In this document: positions 8,189 to 15,869 of the stretch, in pieces
How positions within the stretch are numbered: position 1 is the first letter of the stretch
Layout: each line of letters opens with the position of its first letter
Assembly: GCA_041648955.1 (NCBI GenBank)
Contig: JBAZOD010000002.1
Span: 1-37,500 of the forward strand
Reading direction: 5' to 3'
DNA length: 37,500 nt
Source: Patescibacteria group bacterium
Lineage (GTDB): Bacteria > Patescibacteriota > Patescibacteriia > Patescibacteriales > JAQTRU01
Made by a program: the position numbers and the translations under genes
Notes under the pieces: model-generated
Told to the model about the DNA's origin: nothing
The model's input: only the letters and a program-made list of their open reading frames with translations
Databases searched by the model: none

Positions 8189-8217
8189 TTGCAAGTTTTA
8201 TATTATTATGCTATTAT
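8189..8217 (+). promoter_or_regulatory. Sigma70-like promoter with extended -10
   Basis: TTGCAA (8189-8194), 17 bp spacer, tgc-TATTAT (8212-8217). Confidence 0.4.
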
Positions 8218-8240
8218 ATAAGTAAGGTTAGCCAAAAAAT

Positions 8241-8321
8241 ATGAAAAAGATAAAAAATATAATCTTTAAATTATGCCTGGTAATTACTATAATCTACTCC
8301 GTTTTGGAGTGGGCAAATTAA
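8241..8321 (+). CDS. Possible 26-aa hydrophobic peptide (hand-translated)
   Basis: Translates to MKKIKNIIFKLCLVITIIYSVLEWAN. About 25 bp downstream of the candidate promoter. Weak ribosome-binding site. It could be chance in AT-rich DNA. Confidence 0.2.
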   Translation: MKKIKNIIFKLCLVITIIYSVLEWAN

Positions 8322-8388
8322 TATTGTTTAATTTAATAAAGCCACTAATAGACAGGCTCCCTGAACAACAAAGGAAGTCTGTTTTTTT

Positions 8389-8727
8389 ATGCGGCAAAAT
8401 TTTATGCAATTAATGACCAAAGAGTTGGAAAAACAATTTAAAAAGGTCGGCAGTCAGGAAGATGTTAAAGACCCGATTGTGGTTTGTAAATTTTTTAATC
8501 CCTCGGGTATTGGCTATTGGTTCGCTACCGAGTATAACCCTGAAGATAAAATATTCTTCGGGTATGTTTCTTTCTTCGGCGACCATAATGATGAGTGGGG
8601 TTCGTTTAGTTTAAAAGAATTGGAGGAATATTGCGGCCCGTTCGGATTGGGCATAGAAAGAGATTTACATTTCCATTCTGAACCTATTAGTAAAGTTATG
8701 CCTAAGGCAATTTTAAATATAATTTAA
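8389..8727 (+). CDS. DUF2958-like protein
   Basis: KELEKQFKKVGSQE...DPIVVCKFFNPSGIGYWFATEY...FGYVS...EWGSFSLKELEE...GLGIERDLHF matches my recollection of the DUF2958 family common on conjugative or integrative elements. The true start may be an internal Met. Confidence 0.7.
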   Translation: MRQNFMQLMTKELEKQFKKVGSQEDVKDPIVVCKFFNPSGIGYWFATEYNPEDKIFFGYVSFFGDHNDEWGSFSLKELEEYCGPFGLGIERDLHFHSEPISKVMPKAILNII

Positions 8728-8750
8728 CAAAAAAGACATACTATTTTGTT
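8726..8750 (+). repeat. Quasi-palindromic site, copy 1 (aacaaaa-N11-ttttgtt)
   Basis: The 15-nt caaaaaagacatact (8728-8742) is identical to 15609-15623. It lies just upstream of the small serine recombinase ATG at 8764. Confidence 0.5.
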
Positions 8751-9534
8751 AATTAAAAAATTTATGCAAGACAAACTAAACTATTATGCATATTTAAGAG
8801 TTTCAACGGAAAATCAAAAAAATGACCAAACTATTCAAATACAGGAAGTAGCCATTAAAGAATACGCCGAAAAGAATAACATTAATATTGTTAAAATGTT
8901 TGAAGATAATGGAGTATCTGGTGGACTTGAAGATAGGCCGGCATTAGCCGAGTTATTTGATGCTCTTGAAACAAACGCTAAAGATATTGAAGGGATTATC
9001 ATTTTCAAATTAGACCGACTCGCTCGGGATGTCAGAATTCAAGAAAATTTAATTTATGACCTGCAAGAAAAGCGGGGAAAGAAAATTATATCTTTAAGCG
9101 AGCCAGACTTAAACTCAAAAGATATAACCAGAGTTTTGATGAGACAAATGATTGGAGCTATCAGCCAATATGAAAAGGGCTTGATAGCAATGCGTTTAAA
9201 GGCTGGAAGAATGAACAAGTTGAGAAAAGGCGGATTTCCAGGCGGTGGCGTTGCCTTGGGCTATGAAATAATTGATAATGATTTAATCTTGAATCAAGAG
9301 GAAGTAAAAATTGTCAAACAGATTTATTACTTAAAGCGGTATAAGCGATTTAATTTAACCGCAATTGCTAAAATCTTAAACAGCAATAACATTAAAACTC
9401 CTAAGGGTGGAATAAAGTGGTATGCGGGAACGGTTAAGTATATTTTAAATAATTCTATCTATCGCGGGCGAATGACTTATAGCGGAGTGGAAGCCATAAG
9501 GGGCGATTTATCTTTAATCCTTAATAAGAAATAG
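8746..9534 (+). CDS. Small serine recombinase (resolvase/invertase family)
   Basis: YAYLRVSTENQ catalytic-serine motif, RPALAEL, IIIFKLDRLARD, and a C-terminal recombinase-domain segment (GGVALGYE...YRGR). The likely true start is ATG 8764 (MQDKLNYYAY); 8746 is TTG. Confidence 0.9.
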   Translation: MLIKKFMQDKLNYYAYLRVSTENQKNDQTIQIQEVAIKEYAEKNNINIVKMFEDNGVSGGLEDRPALAELFDALETNAKDIEGIIIFKLDRLARDVRIQENLIYDLQEKRGKKIISLSEPDLNSKDITRVLMRQMIGAISQYEKGLIAMRLKAGRMNKLRKGGFPGGGVALGYEIIDNDLILNQEEVKIVKQIYYLKRYKRFNLTAIAKILNSNNIKTPKGGIKWYAGTVKYILNNSIYRGRMTYSGVEAIRGDLSLILNKK

Positions 9535-9600
9535 GGTTTTAGGGAAAGACGATAGATATTGACTATAACTAAAAAAAGGCAAAAAATTGCCCTTTTTATG
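9531..9600 (+). repeat. Site S2: recombination-site-like repeat with core gactataact (9561-9570)
   Basis: Its left arm resembles the S1 left arm (29/40). The core plus right arm (aaaaaaaggcaaaaaattgcccttttt) match S3 at 33/40. The right arm forms a small ggcaa/ttgcc hairpin between A and T runs. Confidence 0.5.
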
Positions 9601-9621
9601 CTAAATAAATTAAAGAAAATT

Positions 9622-10428
9622 TTATAGACTTATAATTTTGCAACTATTTACCTCGCCCCGACATTTATATCCTATTGTTAAATCTATAATTTTTCCATAT
9701 CTCTCGGTTGATACTAACGCTCCAATAAATCTTTCATCCTTTAGTTCATTTAATAAATCTAGGGTTTTAAAATTTTTGTTTTTATATTCAATCAAGTTTT
9801 TTGCAACAGGTATTTTTTTTATATTATAAAGCAATTCAGTCAACTCTGATGGTTGCCCAAATTTTGATTCAGATAAATCTAGTTGTCCTCCTAAAAAATG
9901 ACCATTCATTAAATAAAACCAAACCCCGTCATACTCTTTCATTATGGAAGTAAAATTACCTTTTTCGTCATTTGCTCCTGCTTTTATATAAATATATGCA
10001 TCTTCTATTTCTCCTGTTATTTTAATTTTTCTTCCAGCATTTGTTAATGCCTCCTCGTCTTTTTGTATATAATTGTCAGGAGTTTCTATGCCATCTAAAT
10101 AAATAGGGGTTTTCTTATATAAATTTGAATTATATTTTTCAAAATCAGTTTGTTCTTTTACTGCCTCTTCTTTTTCCTCGGGTTTAATATTTTCAATATT
10201 TATCTCTTTGTTGTCAATATTTTGGTTAACGGTAGTCTCTGGAATATTATTATTTTTATCTTTAGATAAATTTTTAACGATATATAAAACACCAAAAATA
10301 GACAATAACAAAATAATTACCGTCATAATATCTAAAGCTATGCCCCTAATTCTTTCTTTTATATTCATTTTGCTTTTTATTTCTTCCTCTATTTTTTCTC
10401 TTAATTTTTGCTCATCACCTTGAGACAT
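9622..10428 (-). CDS. Hypothetical membrane-anchored protein (268 aa)
   Basis: N-terminal charged segment, then the helix IALDIMTVIILLLSIFGVLYIV. No motif recognised. Confidence 0.55.
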   Translation of the reverse strand: MSQGDEQKLREKIEEEIKSKMNIKERIRGIALDIMTVIILLLSIFGVLYIVKNLSKDKNNNIPETTVNQNIDNKEINIENIKPEEKEEAVKEQTDFEKYNSNLYKKTPIYLDGIETPDNYIQKDEEALTNAGRKIKITGEIEDAYIYIKAGANDEKGNFTSIMKEYDGVWFYLMNGHFLGGQLDLSESKFGQPSELTELLYNIKKIPVAKNLIEYKNKNFKTLDLLNELKDERFIGALVSTERYGKIIDLTIGYKCRGEVNSCKIISL

Positions 10429-10778
10429 AAAGTTGATAATGTATTAATGATAAATTTATAGAAACAAAGAAATAGAAAAAAGATAAATGTGATGTGGAAA
10501 TAATTACTCCAATCTTTTATCCTTTCATATCCCACAAAAGTTCCTAAAGCTAAAAGTAGGTTGCTAATATTATCTAAATCAATCATTTGGTCATAGCTCA
10601 TTCCATAGACTTTCTTTACCCATGATAGTAACAATAGACTTGTTAATACTATTCTACTAACTTTCCATAAATTGTCGCTTTCTTCAATAAGTCTATGCAA
10701 TTTAACCAAAATATTCTTTCTGTCTTTTAAAAAATTTATTTCCAACATATTTAAAGATGTATTTTGACACCTTATCAA
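10401..10778 (-). CDS. Hypothetical membrane protein (125 aa)
   Basis: ORF with hydrophobic segments that overlaps the downstream gene by 28 nt. Coding status uncertain. Confidence 0.35.
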   Translation of the reverse strand: MIRCQNTSLNMLEINFLKDRKNILVKLHRLIEESDNLWKVSRIVLTSLLLLSWVKKVYGMSYDQMIDLDNISNLLLALGTFVGYERIKDWSNYFHITFIFFLFLCFYKFIINTLSTLCLKVMSKN

Positions 10779-10838
10779 AATTATTGTATCTAAGTCAAGC
10801 TGTTAATTCTAGATATAAAAAATAAGGTGCGTAATTAA

Positions 10839-11333
10839 CTATATATTGTTTAAATTTTCTTTGATAATTTCAAAATTAATATTATCGCTATGCCTGATAT
10901 GGATAATTTTTATTCCCGCTGATTTTAAAGTGTTATTTACAAAATAATCTCTTCTCTGCCTTTTGGGGCTATCGTGGGTTTTGCCGTCATACTCAATCGC
11001 CAATACGGGTTTAAGATATGGCTTCTCAAAAATAACGAAGTCTATAGTTTTCCTATTAATTTTATTTTGATAAGTCCAAAAACTTCTGACCGAATTATTT
11101 ACATTAACAATACTGCCAAGAACTATCTGGGGGAAGACCACATAATTGTCAGGAATAATTTGTTGGATATTCTCAAAAAATTTTCTTTCAGGAATGTTTA
11201 ATAGAAATTCTTTCTTCTTGTAAGTTTGGAAGTCGTCATATTCTTCCTCTTGAGCCAAAAAATATTCTTTGAAAGCATATACGGCTATGAGCAAGATGAT
11301 TATTCCACCTAAAGTTAGATATGTATTTAGCAT
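10839..11333 (-). CDS. Membrane-anchored DUF2726-like (endonuclease-fold) protein
   Basis: N-terminal helix LTLGGIIILLIAVYAF. PERKFFENIQQIIPDNYVVFPQI...IDFVIFEK...PVLAIEYDGKTHD...RRD resembles the DUF2726 pattern as I recall it. Confidence 0.7.
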   Translation of the reverse strand: MLNTYLTLGGIIILLIAVYAFKEYFLAQEEEYDDFQTYKKKEFLLNIPERKFFENIQQIIPDNYVVFPQIVLGSIVNVNNSVRSFWTYQNKINRKTIDFVIFEKPYLKPVLAIEYDGKTHDSPKRQRRDYFVNNTLKSAGIKIIHIRHSDNINFEIIKENLNNI

Positions 11334-11402
11334 ATAGCTAGAATTTTAATCTTAGCTATATTATATCACAAATTTGGTAATATGCTTTATTTTCTCAATA
11401 TA

Positions 11403-11451
11403 TTCAATATTGGCTATAACTAAAAAAGGGCAAGTAATTGCCTTTTTTGTA
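11403..11451 (+). repeat. Site S3: recombination-site-like repeat with core ggctataact (11412-11421)
   Basis: Preceded by ttcaatatt. The right arm aaaaaagggcaagtaattgcctttttt is homologous to the S2 right arm. Confidence 0.5.
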
Positions 11452-11467
11452 AGTTTATGGACAAAGA

Positions 11468-14400
11468 ATGTTCAAAGTATTAATATTTAAGGGTAATTCA
11501 AAATATATGTCTTATAAAAAGGAGCAAATTAGTCCAACCACAAAAATAAAAGTTTATATTAATTGTGGCGGTAAATGCGGTTTTCCTGAATGCAAGGAAC
11601 ATTTAGTTGAAGAAAATAGTATTATAGGTCAGATAGCCCATATTAAAGCCCAACAACCAGGAGGGCCAAGATTTGATATTACTTTAACCAAAGATAAAAT
11701 AGATGCCCCAGAAAATTTAATTGCTTTTTGTCAAAAACACCATAAAATAATTGATGACCATCCAGATAAATATTCAGTAGAAGATATTTCAAATTGGAAA
11801 AAAGATATTGAGGAATGGGCTAAAAAATCACCAGAAAAAACCGAACTTGGAAAAAAATTAATATTGATAATATTATCTGACTTAGAAAAGGAGTTAGACA
11901 GGGGCAACGGAGAATATGTGCTAAAAACCATACAATCGCTTAAAATTATTACGGAAACGATTATTAAAGATGATATTATTGGCAGTGAAATTGGGATATT
12001 AGAAGCAAAATCAAAACAAGCCCTGGAAGATGTTGAGGGAGCTATAAAAATTTACGAAAGCCTTTCAAAACTTTATCCTAAAAATGTTAAACCTATCTTG
12101 TATTTGGCTGAAATTTATTTAAATAAATGCGACTATGAAAAAAATAAAGAGCTCTTAGAACAGGCAGAGAAAATAGATAATAGCCACTGGCTTTTTGTGA
12201 TTGAACAGCTTATTAGAGAATTTCGTTTAAACAAAAAAATTGATACATCAAAAATAAATGAAAAGGATTTTCCAGAAGATAAGAAGCAAAAGGCAACCTA
12301 CTATCGTATCTATTCCCTGTTTTATCAAAACGAAAAAAACGATATTAAGGCAGATGAGTTTATAGAAAAATCAATTAAACTATATCCCTACTCATTTTCT
12401 GCTTTTAATTTGAAAATATCTCATAATCTACAGAGGTTAATTGAAAAAGGGTTTCCTCTTAATCATATTGAAAAAGCCGAGGACATATTAAGTCAGATTA
12501 AAGAGATTGAAAAAGAAAAAAATAATTGGGACAGATTACATATCAGAGGTAGAGCTACCCTTGAATTTAGAAAATTTTATATTTATATAATACAACAAGA
12601 TGGTAATAAAATTATTTCAACAGGCAAGGGGTTAATTGACCTCATACTTAAGTGCTCATTTGATTTAGATATAGATAATTTTTTATCCTTTCTCCTTGCA
12701 AATTATCGTCCAGAAGAAAAAGACTTTGAAAAAATTATTTCATATTTATCAAATAAAAAAATCTCTTACGATTTAGCTAAAATACTCGCTTTTCAATTTT
12801 GTGAAAAAGGCAAGTTATTAACTGATGGCAAGAATTTTTTATCAGCCAAAAATGAAAAGATTAAAAATTTAATTTTGAATATAGAAGAAAACAAAGAAAG
12901 CGACGTGATTAATTTTCTTAAAGAAGATTTGCAGTTAATGATAACTTTTGCAAATTGCTTAAAAACCAACTCAGGTTTAAGAAAAAAAATAATAGACAGT
13001 GTGCCAGATGATGAGAATATTCAAAAAGATAGAATCTATTTATTGTATTATTCTGACATAAAAGCATATGATGACGCCTTTAGGATTATCCAAAATATTG
13101 ATTTTGAAAATGCAAGTTATCTTGACTGTAAAATATCTTTAAAAGCAGTCCGTGAGAAACAAGCGTGGGAAATGGAGGCAAAAATTTTAGAAAGACTATT
13201 CCAATTAGAAAAAGATGAAAGAATAAAATTATCGTTTAAATTAGACCATTTTACAGCTTGTATGAAGATGGAGGATTATTTGGAAGTTATTAATATAGGT
13301 AAATATTTATTGGATAACCCTAAGACATTTGAGCTAATGGATAAAAAAAATCAAGAATTATTATTAGGACAAACAATCACAGCTTATCTACAAAGAAGTG
13401 AAGAAAAAGAGGCTTTAGGAATGCTTCAAAAATATCCAAATATTATTGAGAGCTTTGAGTTTATTATTTCGGTAGAGGCTGAAGTTTACTTAAAAAATGG
13501 AGATTATAAAAAAGCATTATCATCTTTATGTAGAGGAGTAAAAAAAATTGGGAAACCAACAAAGGAACAATATGGATATTTATTTTTGTCTTTTACTCAA
13601 TTAAGTAATTCTGGTTTTGCTAAAATTGAACCACTTGAAAAAGTTGTAAGTAATTCTTTTATAAAATTCCAAAATCAAGAGCAATGGTATTATATCGGAG
13701 ATGGGGACGAGCTAGACGCCACTAAAATTATTTCAGCAAATAATAAATACAATTTATTAATTAACAAAAAAATAAATGATAATATAGATTTTCCTGAGGA
13801 TAAATATCAAACCAACAAAGAACAGAGAATAGTTGAAAATATTTTGAGTCTAGAGGCTTATATAAATTGGAAATCCCACGATAGCTTTTTTAGTTTATCA
13901 AAACAAGGAAGATGGGACGCAGGAATAGCGATTGAAGTGCCGAATAAAGATGATAGTATAGATGTTAATAATGTAATTAATTTTATTAAAGACCAACAAG
14001 AGAGAGGCAGAAATTTTTTTGATGATTATTGTTCAAATAATTATCCTTTCGCATTTTTAGCTTTAAGCGAGGGGGGAGTAACCAATGCCATCGGCAGAAT
14101 TACAAATGAAAACAAGGGATTTATAAGATTTTCTGATGGTTCAATCCAAGATATTGACCGTCAAAGAAAAGTAGCTGAAAAAATACTTAACGGTTCAGAT
14201 ATTTTTTTAGATGGGACAACGGCTCTTTTCTTGGCTGAAACAGGATTGTTAAAAAAAATAGTGCCTTTCATCCCTAATTTAAAAGTTCCTCAATCAGTTA
14301 TTTCTTTCTTATTTAAAGTATTGGAAAAATTTAATATTTCACCTGGGCAGGTTGGTCATATGCGATGTGCTAATGACCAACTAGTATTTGATAAGGTTGA

Positions 14401-15151
14401 TATTGAAAAAAATAACAAAATAAAAGAAAATTTTAAACAGAGCATAGAAATTTTAGAGAAAGATAAAAAAAGTATTTTTTCTATCTCTCAAGCAAATAAA
14501 TCTGAGCACTTTTCAGAAAGTAATATTGTCCCCGAATTGGTGGATGCCTGTATTTTAGCACAAAAGAATGACGGTATTGTATTAACTGAGGATTTTTTAT
14601 ATTTGCAAGCCAATAATTTGCAAACAAATAAAGGTATACCAGAATATTGTTCACTGTTTTCTTTAATTAAAGAGTTGCTTAAAAAAGATAAAATATCTTT
14701 TGAGGACTATCTGAATGCCTTTTATTATTTGTCATCGTATAGGTGTAGGTTTCTAGATTTAAATACTGGTATTTTAATTAGGGCAATTTTTGGAGAAGAT
14801 AATAAATTGATTTTTGAATTTAAAAATATTAGAAAGTTAAATTTAGCTTTAACTTTATCCGAAGAATATGGAGTAAAAACAGAGGCCGCTATTCAGGTTA
14901 TGGGGGGATTTTTAGTAAGAATTATTATAGCCAATATTGTTTCTGTAGAAAATGCAAATAAAGTTTACAGAGAGGTGTTGCCAACTTTTTTCTTAAATCG
15001 TGATAAAAAAATTATCGGAAGATTATTGTTTGAATATTGTTCAAACTCTTTAGAGAAAATACTTAAAGAAAAATACATTTATTCCTTGCCGATTTTGATG
15101 AGTGAAAAATTAGCGGCTTTAGAAAAACAAATAAACGCACAACTGTTATAG
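11468..15151 (+). CDS. 1227-aa multidomain protein: N-terminal HNH nuclease motif, long TPR-like helical repeat region, C-terminal PIN-like domain
   Basis: HNH: CGGKCGFPEC...QIAHIKAQQPGGPRFD...NLIAFCQKHHKIIDD (about nt 11564-11760). TPR-like: AIKIYESLSKLYPKNVKPILYLAEIYLNKCDYEKNKELLEQA and VYLKNGDYKKALSSL. PIN-like: DIFLDGTTALFLAE (from nt 14198) ... ELVDACILAQKNDGIVLTEDFLY. An alternative start is ATG 11507. Confidence 0.8.
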   Translation: MFKVLIFKGNSKYMSYKKEQISPTTKIKVYINCGGKCGFPECKEHLVEENSIIGQIAHIKAQQPGGPRFDITLTKDKIDAPENLIAFCQKHHKIIDDHPDKYSVEDISNWKKDIEEWAKKSPEKTELGKKLILIILSDLEKELDRGNGEYVLKTIQSLKIITETIIKDDIIGSEIGILEAKSKQALEDVEGAIKIYESLSKLYPKNVKPILYLAEIYLNKCDYEKNKELLEQAEKIDNSHWLFVIEQLIREFRLNKKIDTSKINEKDFPEDKKQKATYYRIYSLFYQNEKNDIKADEFIEKSIKLYPYSFSAFNLKISHNLQRLIEKGFPLNHIEKAEDILSQIKEIEKEKNNWDRLHIRGRATLEFRKFYIYIIQQDGNKIISTGKGLIDLILKCSFDLDIDNFLSFLLANYRPEEKDFEKIISYLSNKKISYDLAKILAFQFCEKGKLLTDGKNFLSAKNEKIKNLILNIEENKESDVINFLKEDLQLMITFANCLKTNSGLRKKIIDSVPDDENIQKDRIYLLYYSDIKAYDDAFRIIQNIDFENASYLDCKISLKAVREKQAWEMEAKILERLFQLEKDERIKLSFKLDHFTACMKMEDYLEVINIGKYLLDNPKTFELMDKKNQELLLGQTITAYLQRSEEKEALGMLQKYPNIIESFEFIISVEAEVYLKNGDYKKALSSLCRGVKKIGKPTKEQYGYLFLSFTQLSNSGFAKIEPLEKVVSNSFIKFQNQEQWYYIGDGDELDATKIISANNKYNLLINKKINDNIDFPEDKYQTNKEQRIVENILSLEAYINWKSHDSFFSLSKQGRWDAGIAIEVPNKDDSIDVNNVINFIKDQQERGRNFFDDYCSNNYPFAFLALSEGGVTNAIGRITNENKGFIRFSDGSIQDIDRQRKVAEKILNGSDIFLDGTTALFLAETGLLKKIVPFIPNLKVPQSVISFLFKVLEKFNISPGQVGHMRCANDQLVFDKVDIEKNNKIKENFKQSIEILEKDKKSIFSISQANKSEHFSESNIVPELVDACILAQKNDGIVLTEDFLYLQANNLQTNKGIPEYCSLFSLIKELLKKDKISFEDYLNAFYYLSSYRCRFLDLNTGILIRAIFGEDNKLIFEFKNIRKLNLALTLSEEYGVKTEAAIQVMGGFLVRIIIANIVSVENANKVYREVLPTFFLNRDKKIIGRLLFEYCSNSLEKILKEKYIYSLPILMSEKLAALEKQINAQLL

Positions 15152-15179
15152 AAAGATTTTATTTTAGAGATTTTAAAAT

Positions 15180-15500
15180 TCACAAATTTTCAATAATCCG
15201 AAAAATTCTAGTAAAATTTTCCCAATCTTTCAATCGTGTCTCCTGCCATCCTCTGCTGGTTCTGATTTTTAAAAAGATTTTTTGCCTCTGAATTATTATC
15301 TGAATGAATTTTACCTTATCCTTTATAAACCAAATTCTTCTCTTAGTAAAAACAACCTCGCAATTATATCTTGCTGGGATTATTTTTATTAATTTATCAG
15401 CTTGACCCCTTAGCCTTAGATTATCCGTGTTTAATAGGTGGTAGCTTAGGTCGTAAAGCCTTGCCTGGCTGGGGCGGGTATATTTATTAGTATTAGTCAT
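15180..15500 (-). CDS. Hypothetical basic protein (106 aa)
   Basis: Intact ORF convergent with the 1227-aa gene. No motif recognised. Confidence 0.45.
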   Translation of the reverse strand: MTNTNKYTRPSQARLYDLSYHLLNTDNLRLRGQADKLIKIIPARYNCEVVFTKRRIWFIKDKVKFIQIIIQRQKIFLKIRTSRGWQETRLKDWENFTRIFRIIENL

Positions 15501-15536
15501 AAAGTTAAGTAAAGGTAATATATAGGCTTTTATTTA

Positions 15537-15592
15537 GGGGGTAAAATTAATGGCTTTTGCTACTTGCCGGCAACGCCATTAATTTTACCCCC
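15537..15592. repeat. Perfect 18-bp inverted repeat with 20-nt spacer
   Basis: gggggtaaaattaatggc (15537-15554) and gccattaattttaccccc (15575-15592). The spacer contains the palindrome ttgccggcaa. It is 37 bp upstream of the minus-strand ORF start at 15500. Confidence 0.8.
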
Positions 15593-15607
15593 TTTAGTAT
15601 TAGCCTA

Positions 15608-15630
15608 TCAAAAAAGACATACTTTTTTGA
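15608..15630 (+). repeat. Quasi-palindromic site, copy 2 (tcaaaaaag-acata-cttttttga)
   Basis: Shares 15 identical nt (15609-15623) and 21/23 overall with 8728-8750, in the same orientation. Confidence 0.5.
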
Positions 15631-15713
15631 CGAAAAAACTTAGCTATGATTTACTGTAGGTATATAATAATAGCCTTTAATAGACTTGAAGTAGGTTATA
15701 GTCTCGTCTATTA

Positions 15714-15723
15714 CGCTCCGCAG
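15714..15723 (+). repeat. Distal copy of island direct repeat (attR-like core)
   Basis: cgctccgcag is identical to the tRNA-Asp 3' end at 107-116. It is flanked on the island side by tatta, whose reverse complement taata flanks the proximal copy on the island side. Confidence 0.6.
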
Positions 15724-15730
15724 AAAAAAG

Positions 15731-15757
15731 AAAAACCCACAATCTGTGGGTTTTTTT
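15731..15757 (+). terminator. Rho-independent terminator, probably the original tRNA-Asp terminator
   Basis: aaaaacccac-aatct-gtgggttttttt. Confidence 0.6.
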
Positions 15758-15869
15758 GCCTCTTGATCTTTTTCCCGTATTATGTTAATTTAAGAATACT
15801 ATTAATTTAATGACCTTTTCTTGGATATGGCCTTGCGCCCATTTCTCGGATAAGGACAAGAAAAAAGCT

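Larger units (their letters stand above)
107..15723. mobile_element. About 15.6 kb integrative genomic island inserted at the 3' end of tRNA-Asp
   Basis: A large serine recombinase gene abuts the tRNA. The 10-bp repeat cgctccgcag occurs at 107-116 (tRNA 3' end) and 15714-15723. The distal copy is followed directly by a terminator hairpin, as expected for the displaced original tRNA tail. The cargo is accessory (R-M, nucleases, second recombinase) and the interior is visibly more AT-rich than the flanking core genes. Confidence 0.7.

Noticed and set aside
173-15702. 9-bp direct repeat ggttatagt at 173-181 and 15694-15702, just inside both island ends
   Set aside because: A single 9-mer match in 37.5 kb of AT-rich DNA is close to chance expectation. 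The 10-bp tRNA-derived repeat explains the junctions better.
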